Position numbers and translations under genes: made by a program. Below the pieces are notes generated by a model, which saw only the letters and a list, made by a program, of their open reading frames with translations, had not been told where the DNA came from and did not search any database. Below, piece after piece: positions 18,768-28,663 of a DNA stretch of 64,000 nt; position 1 is the stretch's first letter; each line of letters begins with the position of its first letter. Source of the stretch: Vicinamibacteria bacterium (GTDB lineage Bacteria; Acidobacteriota; Vicinamibacteria; Marinacidobacterales; Marinacidobacteraceae). The stretch lies in contig CAXXLQ010000004.1 in assembly GCA_963668695.2 (NCBI GenBank), positions 640,001 to 704,000 of the forward strand, read 5' to 3'.

Positions 18768-20129
18768 TCAGCGAATCCAGACCGTCTTCTTGTTCGTGAA
18801 CTCGATGAGCCCGTCCGGGCCGAGTTCACGGCCGAAACCGCTGTCCTTCGTCCCGCCGAAGGGGACGCGGGGATCTGATTTGGTGATGCCGTTCACGAAC
18901 ACGGCCCCGGATTCGATTTCCGGCACGAGCCGTTCCGCCCGCTTCGGGTCGGATGTCCAGAGCGAAGACCCCAGCCCATAGTTCGTCCGGTTGGCGATCT
19001 CCACCGCCTCCGCCTCGTCCCCAAAGGGGACCACCGTAGCGACCGGCCCGAAGAGTTCTTCCTCGGCGGCCGGGGCTCCCGCGGGCGGCCCCGCCAGAAT
19101 CCCGGTGGCGGAAAAGAACCCGCGTTCCGGCGCGGTTCCCCGGTAGAGGAGTTCCGTACCGGCGCGAACCGAGTGCGCGACCTGCTCCTCGAGACGGTCG
19201 CGGAGATCTTGCCGGGCCAAGGGTCCCACTGCGGTCTCCGGCGCCAGCGGGTCCCCCACCGTCGTTTCGCGAAACCGCGTCTCAAAGACCGCAAGGAACG
19301 CATCAAGCACCGTTCGCTGCACGAGAAAGCGTTTGGCGGCGATGCAGCTCTGCCCGGAATTGATGAGCCGCGCCCCGGCGCCCGCTGTAGCTGCCTCCTC
19401 CACATCGCAGTCCTCGAACACGATGAAGGGATCGCTCCCGCCGAGCTCGGCGACCATCGGCTTGAGACTGCGGCCCGCGACCGCGGCGACCTCGCTGCCG
19501 GCGCGGGAACTCCCGGTGAGCGTCACTCCCCGAATCCGCCGGTCGGCGATGCAGGTGGCCGCCTGCTCGTTTGTCAGGAACAGATTCTGGATGAGCCCCT
19601 CCGGCGCGCCCGCCTCGCGATACAACTCGACGATCCGGAGCGCGCACTGGGGCACCGACGGCGCGTGCTTGAGAACCATCGGGTTCCCGGTGAGGAAGTT
19701 GGGCGCCGATACCCGGATGACCTGCCAGAGCGGGAAGTTCCAGGGCATGACGGCAAGGATCGGCCCGCTGGGATCGAAGCGCACGAAGGCGTCGCTCCCG
19801 TCGGATTCGTAGTGCCGAGGGCGGAGCGACTCCTCCGCGGTCTCGGCGTAGTGCCTCGCGACCCAGGCGCACTTTTGGGCCTCGGCGACTCCCTGGGCGA
19901 GCGGCTTTCCCATCTCCAGAGCCATGAGCCCCGCCAGCTCACCCGCCTGCGCTTGCAACAGATCCGCCAGGCGCTCGTTCACGGCGCGCCGCTCGGCAAA
20001 GGGAGACCGGCGCCAGGAGCGGAACGCGGCATCGGCGCGGGAGAGGACTGCATCGACCTCGCGGCCGGTAGCCGTCGGGAACTCGGCCACGAGTTCCTCG
20101 GTGGCGGGGTTCAGGGAGCGGTAGAGCAT
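18768..20129 (-). CDS. NAD-dependent succinate-semialdehyde dehydrogenase (aldehyde dehydrogenase family)
   Basis: MPWNFP, LTGS, ELGGSD, SGQSC, EELFGP, PFGG motifs; start MLYRSLNPAT. Confidence 0.9.
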   Translation of the reverse strand: MLYRSLNPATEELVAEFPTATGREVDAVLSRADAAFRSWRRSPFAERRAVNERLADLLQAQAGELAGLMALEMGKPLAQGVAEAQKCAWVARHYAETAEESLRPRHYESDGSDAFVRFDPSGPILAVMPWNFPLWQVIRVSAPNFLTGNPMVLKHAPSVPQCALRIVELYREAGAPEGLIQNLFLTNEQAATCIADRRIRGVTLTGSSRAGSEVAAVAGRSLKPMVAELGGSDPFIVFEDCDVEEAATAGAGARLINSGQSCIAAKRFLVQRTVLDAFLAVFETRFRETTVGDPLAPETAVGPLARQDLRDRLEEQVAHSVRAGTELLYRGTAPERGFFSATGILAGPPAGAPAAEEELFGPVATVVPFGDEAEAVEIANRTNYGLGSSLWTSDPKRAERLVPEIESGAVFVNGITKSDPRVPFGGTKDSGFGRELGPDGLIEFTNKKTVWIR

Positions 20130-20166
20130 CGAGTCCGGAGCCCGCGGCGGGTACGACGGGCTGATG

Positions 20167-21369
20167 TCACGGGCGGGCGCCCGGAGGGTGTAAGCGGTTG
20201 TACTTTCGGCCGACCTCCAGCAGGTCTTCGATCGAAATCGCCTCCCGGGTGTTTCCGTTCCGGCCGGTAACGGTGGTGGCCTTGAGCATCGAGTTGTAGA
20301 CCGCCTCCTCGGTGGCCTCGATCGCGGCCTGGAAGAGCGGCGACAGCCGGTCGCCTCGCAGGACGCCACCGTCCTCCGTCGGGGAGTCGCTGCCGAACGA
20401 ACTCCGGAGAGACTCGGCCGACGAGAACGCGATCACGAAGTCGCCGCTTCCGTGGGACGAGGTAGCGCCGGTGCGGGCGAGACCCAGCATGACCCGGCGA
20501 GCCAGCCGGGTGAGACCCAGCGAGCGAATCGGGGCATCGGTGGCGACCACCATCATGATGGAGCCGTCGGGATTGTCCTGGGAGTCCCCTCCCGCGGCGT
20601 CATCCGCGCCGCGCAGTTGGTCGCGAAGGTAGTAGCGGTCCAATTCCTCGCCGACGGGGATCCCGTCCATGATGAGGATTCCTCCGTAGTTGCTCTGAAC
20701 GAGCGTCCCTACGGTGTATCCGCCGAGGCTCTCGGGGAGACGCCGCGAGGAAGTGCCGATCCCGCCCTTCCAGCCAAAGACGGAAGTTCCGGTTCCGGCC
20801 CCCACCGCACCCTCGGCTACCGGTCCCGAGGAAGCGCTCCGGATCGCCTCGAGCACGTGGCTTTCCTTCACGTGGAGTCCCCGGATGTCGTTGAGGTATC
20901 CGTCGTTCGTCTCCCCGACGAGCGGATTCACCGAACCGACGTTTTCGTTGCCGGGAAGACCGAGAACATGGGTCACGACGGCGCGCGCCGCATCCCACAC
21001 CGAGAGCGTGTTGGTCAGCACGATCGGGGTTTCAATGGTCCCGAGTTCCACCACCTGGGTGGATCCGACCAGTTTGCCGAAGGCGTTGCCGATATGGATC
21101 GCACCCGGAACCTTGTCCTGAAAGATGTTTCCGGCGTGGGGCAGAATCGCGGTGACCCCGGTTCGGATGTGATCCCCCTCCGTGATGGTCACCTGCCCGA
21201 CCTGGACCCCGGGTACATCGGTGATCGCGTTTTGCGGTCCGGGGTCGAGAACTCCGGGCGCCAGACCGATGTCCCGTGCCCGGGGCCGGGCATCCCCTTG
21301 CCCGAGGGCCAGCGGAGCTGCGAGCAGACCGGCGGCGAGCGCGGCCAGAATGCGGTGCACGTTTTTCAT
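20167..21369 (-). CDS. P1/DmpA (S58) family aminopeptidase with signal peptide
   Basis: NAITDV, GETND, VGAGTG, GSI cleavage site, GSGDF. Confidence 0.9.
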   Translation of the reverse strand: MKNVHRILAALAAGLLAAPLALGQGDARPRARDIGLAPGVLDPGPQNAITDVPGVQVGQVTITEGDHIRTGVTAILPHAGNIFQDKVPGAIHIGNAFGKLVGSTQVVELGTIETPIVLTNTLSVWDAARAVVTHVLGLPGNENVGSVNPLVGETNDGYLNDIRGLHVKESHVLEAIRSASSGPVAEGAVGAGTGTSVFGWKGGIGTSSRRLPESLGGYTVGTLVQSNYGGILIMDGIPVGEELDRYYLRDQLRGADDAAGGDSQDNPDGSIMMVVATDAPIRSLGLTRLARRVMLGLARTGATSSHGSGDFVIAFSSAESLRSSFGSDSPTEDGGVLRGDRLSPLFQAAIEATEEAVYNSMLKATTVTGRNGNTREAISIEDLLEVGRKYNRLHPPGARP

Positions 21370-21482
21370 CAGAACCTCCGGAATCGGCAGCCGGAACTAC
21401 CAACCCCGGAGAATACGGGAACCGTGTCGCCGCCGGACCAAACGGAACATTCCTGACACACGATTCGTAGCCTCCAACCATC

Positions 21483-22289
21483 ATGGTTCACGGGAAAGCG
21501 CGCGGCACGGGGCTTGGCGGACACCCTCTCGCTCTCTTGCTCGGGGTATCGGCGCTGACCGGCGCGGCGAGCTGCGCCGTCCCCTTCCAGCGGGAGCCGA
21601 ACGTTGAAGAAACGGTCAGCTTTACCGAGCCGTTTCGGGCAGGCGAGCTTCTCGATCTGAGGAACATCGACGGCCGCGTCGCGGTCGCCTCCTGGGACCG
21701 GGAAGAAGCGGAGATCGTCGCGCGCAAGGTGGGACCGAGCAGCGCGGCGCTCAAAGGAATCCGGGTGGAGGTCAACCGCTCGTCGCGGGGACTCCAGGTT
21801 CGCACCCGATATCCGAAAAAGAGCCGGATGTGGGGACAGCGATACGGCACCGTGCACTATTCCATCCGGCTGCCGCAGACGGCCGATCTCAGGATCTCCA
21901 CGGTCCACGGGCCCATCGAAGTGGATGGGATCTCGGGGGAGGTCGAAGCACAGACGGTGAGCGGCTCCCTCCGTCTGACCGGACAACGGGGGAACGTGAA
22001 CGCCAAGACGGTCAACGGGCGCATCGAGTGTGAGCTCGACAGCTTCGGAGAGGGAGAAAAACACTCTCTCCGCACCGTGAACGGCGGGGTCCAGTTGACG
22101 CTCGGCCCCGAAGCCAGCGGCCAGGTGGACGCGAGGGCCATCAACGGCCGGGTCATCATGGAGCTGGCCGGCCTGGAGCATCTCGACACCCCCAGCCGGC
22201 GCCACAAGAACGTGCGGGTCGGCGACGGTGGCGGCGAGTGCCGGGTACGTACCGTGAACGGGACCATCCACGTCCTCAATAGTCAGTAG
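21483..22289 (+). CDS. DUF4097-like beta-strand repeat lipoprotein
   Basis: Repeated TV(N/S/H)G-x-(I/V/L) motifs; ASC lipobox. Confidence 0.75.
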   Translation: MVHGKARGTGLGGHPLALLLGVSALTGAASCAVPFQREPNVEETVSFTEPFRAGELLDLRNIDGRVAVASWDREEAEIVARKVGPSSAALKGIRVEVNRSSRGLQVRTRYPKKSRMWGQRYGTVHYSIRLPQTADLRISTVHGPIEVDGISGEVEAQTVSGSLRLTGQRGNVNAKTVNGRIECELDSFGEGEKHSLRTVNGGVQLTLGPEASGQVDARAINGRVIMELAGLEHLDTPSRRHKNVRVGDGGGECRVRTVNGTIHVLNSQ

Positions 22290-22424
22290 ACCGGATCCCG
22301 CACAGTCCGGTGCTGCTGGTCCGGACACCCTTACGCTGGCGAGCCATCCTCCGGTCGCCTGGGCGGGTGGCGCCAGCGAATCCGCAAGCTTCGGGCAGAA
22401 TCACCCGGATCATGAGGATTTTCG

Positions 22425-22913
22425 ATGATTCAGCAGTTGACGTATCTCTATGGTTTCAACCTGGGCGTCGCCCGGGCGCTCGTGGACGAACTGACCCCCG
22501 AACAGATGGTCGAACAGCCGCACGGCGTGGTCAATCATCCGGCTTGGTCGCTCGGCCACCTGGTGATGACAGCCGATGGACTTGCCCGGCTACTCGGGCT
22601 CGAGTCGGAGGTCCGCGAGGGTTGGGGGGAGGTCTTCGCGACCGGGGGAATTCCTTCGAATGACCCGTCCCGCTACCCCTCGAAAGACGAACTGCTCGAC
22701 GCGCTCGAGGGACAGCACCGGCGCAACACTGCCGCGGTGGCACGGGTCGAGCCTGCGTGGTTTGCCGCGCCGAACCCGAATGAGAGGCGGCGGAAGCGCT
22801 TTCCGACGGTGGGGGACGTGGCCATCTTTCTCATGACCTCGCACGAGATGCTCCACCTCGGCCAGGTGGCGGCCTGGCGGCGGGCAATGGGGCTGGCGCC
22901 AGCCCGCAGGTAA
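22425..22913 (+). CDS. DinB family protein
   Basis: NHPAWSLGHL, HEMLHLGQ. Confidence 0.85.
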   Translation: MIQQLTYLYGFNLGVARALVDELTPEQMVEQPHGVVNHPAWSLGHLVMTADGLARLLGLESEVREGWGEVFATGGIPSNDPSRYPSKDELLDALEGQHRRNTAAVARVEPAWFAAPNPNERRRKRFPTVGDVAIFLMTSHEMLHLGQVAAWRRAMGLAPARR

Positions 22914-22983
22914 CCCCCGCGAGCAGCGCCCGCGGAAGGGGCGGCTGTTCTCCATGCCGCCCACCGGATATAAACCCCGGTTC

Positions 22984-24006
22984 ATGTACCAGTTTGTGCG
23001 TTTCGGAATCCTTCTTCTCCTCCTCGCGGCCGCTTCTCACGGAGCGGCACAGCCTCTTCCGGAGGTCCACCTCATCGGCACCGGAGGCACGATTTCCGGG
23101 GGCGCGGGAGGACCGCTGAACGCCGGCGACCTCCGCGCAGCGCTGCCCGCCCTTTCTTCGGTGGCTTCGGTCACCACGGAGGACTTCGTTCGGATCGGAA
23201 GTTCCCGGATGCACCCGGAACTCCAGTTCCAGCTCGCCGAGCGCATCGCCGCGGTCTTCGCCGAGCGCCCGGGACTCGCCGGGATCGTGGTGACCCATGG
23301 CACCGACTCGCTCGAGGAAACTGCCTTCCTCGTGGACGTGGTGCTTCCGTCCGGTCGGCCGGTGGTCTTCGCCGCCGCACAGCGTCCACCGAGTTACGAG
23401 GACTCCGACGGACCCCGCAACCTGCTGAATGCGATCCGCGTCGCCGGCTCCGGCAGAACCCGCGATCTTGGAGTTCTCGTCGTCCTGAACGGTCAGATCC
23501 ACGCCGCGCGTGAGGTCAAAAAAACCCATTCGATCGCTCTCCACGCCTTCGTCTCACCGGACACCGGGCCGGTCGGCATGGTCGACGACGGGGAGGTCCT
23601 GCTCTTCAGCAGCCCCGAGCGCCGCATCCATCTTCCCTCCGCGAGTGTGGAGCCGCGGGTGGAACTCGTCCGTCTGACCGCCGGCGGTGGCGCCACCGCT
23701 ATCCGCGGAGCGGTGGAGGCCGGCGCCCGGGGCATCGTCGTCGAGGTCTTCGGGCGAGGTAACGCGCCGCCACCCGTCACCGAAGCGGTTTCCGCCGCCA
23801 TCCAGGCGGGCGCGCTCGTGGTTTACACCACCCGCACCGGAGCCGGACGGGTGGTGCTCTCCGCTGCCCAGCGCGATACCGGAGTGATCTCAGGGGGAGA
23901 CCTGGACGGTCTCAAAGCGCGGATCCTGCTGACTGTCGCGCTCGGAGCGGGCCGGACTGGCGAAGAGATTGCCGCCGCGTTTCGAACACTGGCCGGGGCC
24001 GGGTAG
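22984..24006 (+). CDS. L-asparaginase (type II-like, signal peptide)
   Basis: GTGGTI, HGTDS, AQRP, DGPRNL, KARILL. Confidence 0.9.
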   Translation: MYQFVRFGILLLLLAAASHGAAQPLPEVHLIGTGGTISGGAGGPLNAGDLRAALPALSSVASVTTEDFVRIGSSRMHPELQFQLAERIAAVFAERPGLAGIVVTHGTDSLEETAFLVDVVLPSGRPVVFAAAQRPPSYEDSDGPRNLLNAIRVAGSGRTRDLGVLVVLNGQIHAAREVKKTHSIALHAFVSPDTGPVGMVDDGEVLLFSSPERRIHLPSASVEPRVELVRLTAGGGATAIRGAVEAGARGIVVEVFGRGNAPPPVTEAVSAAIQAGALVVYTTRTGAGRVVLSAAQRDTGVISGGDLDGLKARILLTVALGAGRTGEEIAAAFRTLAGAG

Positions 24007-24086
24007 CCCGTCGAGCGGTCCCCGGGCGGGGCCACCGGTGCCGTCGAGAGTTGGCACCCGTGGTCTTTGGTTGCGTTCGGGCCCCG

Positions 24087-25007
24087 TCAGCGAAGTACGA
24101 GGCGGAGCGGCGGCCCTTCCCCCCGAGAGAGAACGACCGCGTCCGCCGGTTCGAGTGCGAGCACGGTGTATTCCCCGACGCGGTCACCGACTGCGACGAG
24201 CGTTGTCTCGCCGCGATAGAAGAGCGCCGCCCGGACCGGAGTTCCCGAGCCGACATCGACGAAGCCGTGGAGTTCGGGGGTCTCGGAAGCAGACGTCGCG
24301 ACTGGAACCGCCGTTTCCGGGGGCTTCTCGAATGGATCGTCCGGAGTGGGGGCCGCAAGCGGGGCCGGCTCCACCTCGTCCGGTCTCTCCGTGGAGGCGG
24401 AAGCCGTCCGTTCGGGCGCGGGCACTGACTCCAGCCAGGCGAACAACGCTTCCATTCGCGGATCGTCGGCGAACCGAACTGCATCCACCGCAGTGAACGA
24501 GACCGCCGGGTCCGGCCAGAGGGCGAATACCGTAGCCGTGAGCGTTCCGAGGCCGCCGCGGAACGCGAGCGTCGCCCGCTCGGTGCGGAGCGGCCACCCT
24601 CTTCCTTCGACCGCGGACAGGAAACGGGACAGTGCGGCGGGATCACCCAGCAGCGTGACCCGGGCCTCGGCGCCGACTGTCCCTTCCGGCGGACGAACGA
24701 GCGGCTGGAGCCGAGATGCCGAGAGTTCCACGCCGTGGTCCCCGGCCACCTGCAGGAAAAACTCGCGTACGGCGGCGGCGCTGGCGGGAGGGGGAGCGCG
24801 CTCGGCGAGCTTCTCCGCCACCCGGAGAAAATGCTTGCGCCGCTCCCGCTCCCGCTCGCTGGCGGTGTCTTCGCGTGCCGACCGCGTTTGCTCTTCGAGT
24901 GTCGCAGCAAGTTCATCGGCAGCGTGGCGCTGCTCGGCCCAGACGAACCAGGCGAGCAACCCGGACAGCAGGGCCAGCAGGAACCGGAGCCGAAGGCGTT
25001 CGTCCAT
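24087..25007 (-). CDS. Putative PilO/GspM-like inner-membrane pilus or T2SS assembly protein
   Basis: N-terminal TM, coiled coil, ferredoxin-like core, GspC/PilP-like C terminus; position after pilMN-like genes. Confidence 0.45.
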   Translation of the reverse strand: MDERLRLRFLLALLSGLLAWFVWAEQRHAADELAATLEEQTRSAREDTASERERERRKHFLRVAEKLAERAPPPASAAAVREFFLQVAGDHGVELSASRLQPLVRPPEGTVGAEARVTLLGDPAALSRFLSAVEGRGWPLRTERATLAFRGGLGTLTATVFALWPDPAVSFTAVDAVRFADDPRMEALFAWLESVPAPERTASASTERPDEVEPAPLAAPTPDDPFEKPPETAVPVATSASETPELHGFVDVGSGTPVRAALFYRGETTLVAVGDRVGEYTVLALEPADAVVLSRGEGPPLRLVLR

Positions 25008-25011
25008 ACCG

Positions 25012-25554
25012 CTAGCGACGCCCCACCTCGAGTTGAGTGGTAATCCTTACGAGCACCGCGCCGTCCGTCTGACGCGTCTCGCTGATCACTTCCGTGGAGA
25101 GCACCGAATCGTGATTCGCCAGTCCCGACAGAAAGCGGGCAACGGCAGCGGCAGAAGTCGCGTCAGCCGCAATGACTGCCTCCACCCGGCCGGGGCCGGT
25201 CGCGGGGCGAACCTCGAGCCCGGCAATCCGGATATCCGAAGGGGCAATCCCCATCACGGTGTCCAGTGCAGCACTGATGTCGGGGGCATTGACCACCCCG
25301 GCGAGGAGCAGGACCGCCGCTTCCCGGGCGCGCTCGGGTTCGACGAGTGGCGCCGCGGCGCCTCCCGTACCGGATGACGGCAGCCCGCTCGAAGCTGAAA
25401 GCCCAGGCGCCGCCAGTTCCACTCGCACTCCCCAGAGCGATGCGGCGCCCCACACGACACTCACGAACATCCCGGCGACCAGCACGTCCAGGGCCCGGAG
25501 AACACCAGGGCGGACGCCCTTGCCGAGCTGAATGCCAACGGGTAGTCGAGCCAT
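25012..25554 (-). CDS. PilN-domain-like protein
   Basis: N-terminal TM, PSDIRI..L pattern; follows pilM-like gene. Confidence 0.5.
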   Translation of the reverse strand: MARLPVGIQLGKGVRPGVLRALDVLVAGMFVSVVWGAASLWGVRVELAAPGLSASSGLPSSGTGGAAAPLVEPERAREAAVLLLAGVVNAPDISAALDTVMGIAPSDIRIAGLEVRPATGPGRVEAVIAADATSAAAVARFLSGLANHDSVLSTEVISETRQTDGAVLVRITTQLEVGRR

Positions 25555-25556
25555 CG

Positions 25557-25833
25557 TTAACAGCCTGTGGTGAAGCCCGCGTGAGCGCCGAGAGCGGGGA
25601 GGCCCAGTTCTCCCGGTGGGGCCAGTCCTCCCGGTGGGGGCCCGGCTGACAAGGCGCGTGAGGGAGGAGCCCCCACCGGGAGAACTGGCCCGAGTGTATT
25701 TCGACCGAAACGCAACGCAGAGCGCCGCAAAGCGCCAGTTCTCCCGGTGGGGGGGCGGTTCAGGCGGGATGGATCGCCGCTCGAGCCCCCACCGGGAGAA
25801 CTGGGCCGCGTGGGTTTTGCCACAGGCTGTTAA
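25557..25833. mobile_element. MITE-like element (family A) on the pilM-like stop codon
   Basis: TTAA-CAGCCTGTGG...CCACAGGCTG-TTAA; five 18-nt modules. Confidence 0.85.
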
Positions 25834-26765
25834 CCATCCGTAGTCGCGACGGGAGTCGATCGGAGCGGCGCCGGCCTTTCGCCGACCCGTCGCAGGAGCG
25901 CGGCGAGCGCTCCCTCGGTCACCGGAGACACTGCGGAAGATTCGGGGCCCTCGCCGGTGTCGCGGACCTCGACGAGCGTATGACCAGCCGAACGCAGGAC
26001 GTCCGCGGCCACCGTCGCGCCATCCCCCCAGACCACAACGGGATGCCTCCCGCTTTGTGTCGCACGCCGAACCGCGAGCGCCGGCGGTTCCGGATCCAGC
26101 GCGGCGCGGAGTTTCATTCGAAAACCCGTAAGGCGCCGGCCCGAAGCGGCGGCGAATACAAAGTGGCGGCGGTGCAGCAGTAGCAGCAGCCGCCGGCCCG
26201 CATCGCTCGAGAAGCGCGCGAGCCACTCCGGAAGTACCGCGAGGCTGGTGGCGTCCACCCACCGGACCCGGAGACCGGCCGCCTCAACGGCCGCCTCATA
26301 CTGCTGGACAACCGGGGATCCCGTCACCGCCCCCAGCACGGAGCGGCGTCCGCGGGAACCCGAAGTCAGCGTTCCGAAACGGAACCGCCCGTCGAGTTTG
26401 TGGAGTTCGGGACCTGAACTTGCGGTCAAACCACGGACCAATTCGCTGCGCAGCTTGCGTACGGCTCGCGATCCGGCGACCTCAGACAGCGCGGCATGGG
26501 CAGCGCGATCGGGCAACGCGATCACGGCGTCAGCGAATCTGCTGCCCGGTGAAGCAAGAGTGCCGAGAGCGGCTCGGACCGCCCGGGCCGCCTCCACCGA
26601 CGAGCCCAGGTTCGGCTCGGTTGGCGAGGGAGTCAGCAAGTCCCCGGGCAGGCGCCAGGTGATCCAGCGACCATCACTGGTTCGAACGAGAACGTGATCT
26701 CGCCGAAACGCCATCGCCACGGCCTGCCGTCGAGGACCGAGGGGAGGAAAGGAGAGCAGGGACAA
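25830..26765 (-). CDS. PilM-like type IV pilus assembly protein (divergent)
   Basis: LLTPSPTEPN, IALPD, VVQQYEAAVEAAGL..WVD resemble acidobacterial PilM-like proteins. Confidence 0.55.
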   Translation of the reverse strand: MSLLSFPPLGPRRQAVAMAFRRDHVLVRTSDGRWITWRLPGDLLTPSPTEPNLGSSVEAARAVRAALGTLASPGSRFADAVIALPDRAAHAALSEVAGSRAVRKLRSELVRGLTASSGPELHKLDGRFRFGTLTSGSRGRRSVLGAVTGSPVVQQYEAAVEAAGLRVRWVDATSLAVLPEWLARFSSDAGRRLLLLLHRRHFVFAAASGRRLTGFRMKLRAALDPEPPALAVRRATQSGRHPVVVWGDGATVAADVLRSAGHTLVEVRDTGEGPESSAVSPVTEGALAALLRRVGERPAPLRSTPVATTDG

Positions 26766-26792
26766 GACGCGGGCCGTTGGGACGGATTCAGC

Positions 26793-27052
26793 CTAGCAGC
26801 CGGTGGTGAAACCCACGCGGCGTTCGACCGGCGATCCATCCCGGCTGAACCACTCCGCTTCGCTGCGTTCTGCGTTGCGTTTCGGTCGAAATACACCCGG
26901 GCCAGTTCTCCCGGTGGGGGCTCCTCCCTCACGCGCCTTGTCAGCCGGGCCCCCACCGGGAGGACTGGCCCCACCGGGAGAACTGGGCCTCGCCCCCACC
27001 GGGAGAACTGGCCGCTCTCGGCGCTCACCCGGGTTCCACCACCGGCTGCTAG
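26793..27052. mobile_element. MITE-like element (family A) abutting the IS630 left end
   Basis: CTAG-CAGCCGGTGG...CCACCGGCTG-CTAG; four 18-nt modules. Confidence 0.85.
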
Positions 27053-28191
27053 TGTGGTGTCCCGCAAATGGCGATGATAATATGGGGTCCTCCCAGGAGG
27101 TCCCCATGCCGAAAGGACGCCCCCTGTCGCCACTCGTCCTCGATGAGGAACAGCGAGGCCAACTGATGGCCCTGTCCCGATCCACCTCCATGCCCCACGG
27201 ACTGGTGCAGCGGGCGCGGCTGATTCTCGCGAGCGCCGAAGGCCTCTCCAACCAGGCGGTGGCGGAACGCGTCGGCCTCACGCCCAACGTCGTGGGGAAG
27301 TGGCGACGCCGCTTCCGGGAGGCCGGGGTCACCGGCCTCCACGACGAACTCCGCCCGGGACGGCCGCGCACCTACAGCGACGAGAAAGTGGCGACGCTCA
27401 TCCACCATGCCCTCCAGGAAGAGCCCGACAATGCCACCCATTGGAGCGTGCGCTCCATGGCGGACGCGCAGGGAGTCTCCAAGAGCACGGTGCAGCGCTG
27501 GTTCACCCTGTGCGGCGTCAAGCCGCACCTGACCCGGACCTTCAAGCTCTCTACCGACCCCTTCTTCATCGAGAAAGTCCGGGACATCGTGGGGCTCTAC
27601 CTCCATCCACCGGACAACGCCATGGTCCTCTGCGTGGACGAAAAGTCCCAGATCCAGGCCTTGAACCGCACCCAGCGAGCCTTGCCCCTGGGCCTGGGCT
27701 ATGTCGAGGGCTACACCCACGACTACCTCCGCCACGGCACCACCACCCTCTTCGCCGCCCTGGATGCCGCCACCGGAAAGGTCATCGCTCGCTGCCGCCA
27801 GCGGCACCGCCATCAGGAGTTCCTCGACTTCCTGCGTCTCATCGACCGCGAAACTCCGGGAGATCTTGACCTCCACCTGGTGGTCGACAACTACGCCACC
27901 CACAAACACCCCAAGGTCCGCGCCTGGCTGGCCCGCCGACCTCGTTTCCACCTCCACTTCACCCCGACCTATGCCTCCTGGCTCAACCAGGTGGAGCGCT
28001 GGTTCGGACTCATCAGCCAGCAGGCCATCAAGCGCGGCAGTTTCCAAAGCGTCACCCAGTTGAAGCAGACGATCATGGCTTTCACCGACCAATACAACCA
28101 CAACTCCACCCCCTTCGTCTGGGTCGCCACCGCACAATCCATCCTGGAGAAGCTGGAACGACTAGCAACTCGTATTTACAGGACACCACAC
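27052..28191 (+). mobile_element. IS630-family insertion sequence, 1140 bp, TA duplication
   Basis: IRL GTGTGGTGTCCCGCAAAT / IRR(rc) GTGTGGTGTCCTGTAAAT; TA on both sides. Confidence 0.95.
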
Positions 28192-28194
28192 TAG
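27106..28194 (+). CDS. IS630 family transposase
   Basis: HTH N terminus, [24 protein letters not shown] (DDE triad); GGAGG RBS; TAG stop uses the target TA. Confidence 0.95.
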   Translation: MPKGRPLSPLVLDEEQRGQLMALSRSTSMPHGLVQRARLILASAEGLSNQAVAERVGLTPNVVGKWRRRFREAGVTGLHDELRPGRPRTYSDEKVATLIHHALQEEPDNATHWSVRSMADAQGVSKSTVQRWFTLCGVKPHLTRTFKLSTDPFFIEKVRDIVGLYLHPPDNAMVLCVDEKSQIQALNRTQRALPLGLGYVEGYTHDYLRHGTTTLFAALDAATGKVIARCRQRHRHQEFLDFLRLIDRETPGDLDLHLVVDNYATHKHPKVRAWLARRPRFHLHFTPTYASWLNQVERWFGLISQQAIKRGSFQSVTQLKQTIMAFTDQYNHNSTPFVWVATAQSILEKLERLATRIYRTPH

Positions 28195-28272
28195 CAGCCG
28201 GTGGACAAAGTGACGTGAGCGCCGAGGCCCCCACCGGGAGAACTGGGCCGCGTGACTTTGTCTACCGGCGGC
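28191..28272. mobile_element. ~80-nt short form of family A
   Basis: CTAG-CAGCCGGTGGACAAAG...one 18-nt module...CTTTGTCTACCGGC. Confidence 0.75.
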
Positions 28273-28588
28273 TGGCGCCAGCGACGATACAGGCCGCAGA
28301 GGGCGCGCGATACGGCATCTCGTCGACGCGGCAACAACGGGATGGACGGTCTCGACGCACGTCCCACCGACTGTCGAAACCCGTCGGTTTTCAACGCCCC
28401 ACAGTAGAAGAGATCGCCAATTCCGGACTTGGTATCCGGTGGTAGGATGAGTGATCGGGCTGCGGGCAGCGTCCGCCCGTGCGAACCAGCGCGGCGGCCG
28501 TTTTCCCGCTTGATTACCGTTCGAACGAGTTCCAGCGCTTCGACAACTGTCGCAGATCGTTCGGTATCCGGTCGCAAAACCGGGATCC

Positions 28589-28621
28589 GAACGAGCCCTG
28601 AACGAGCCCTGAACGAGCCCT
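28589..28621. repeat. Tandem 11-mer x3 upstream of the EF-G-like gene
   Basis: (GAACGAGCCCT)3. Confidence 0.8.
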
Positions 28622-28663
28622 GGTTCGGAGCGATTCCCTAACGAGGCCACAACCTGGAGAAGC

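Noticed and set aside
26803-27105. N-terminal extension of the IS630 transposase
   Set aside because: Mostly lies outside the IS left end in MITE sequence; RBS and ATG at 27106 define the likely start.
27052-28191. IS630 as the autonomous partner of the MITE family
   Set aside because: Terminal repeats differ (GTGTGGTGTCC versus CAGCCTGTGG); only the TA/CTAG target is shared.
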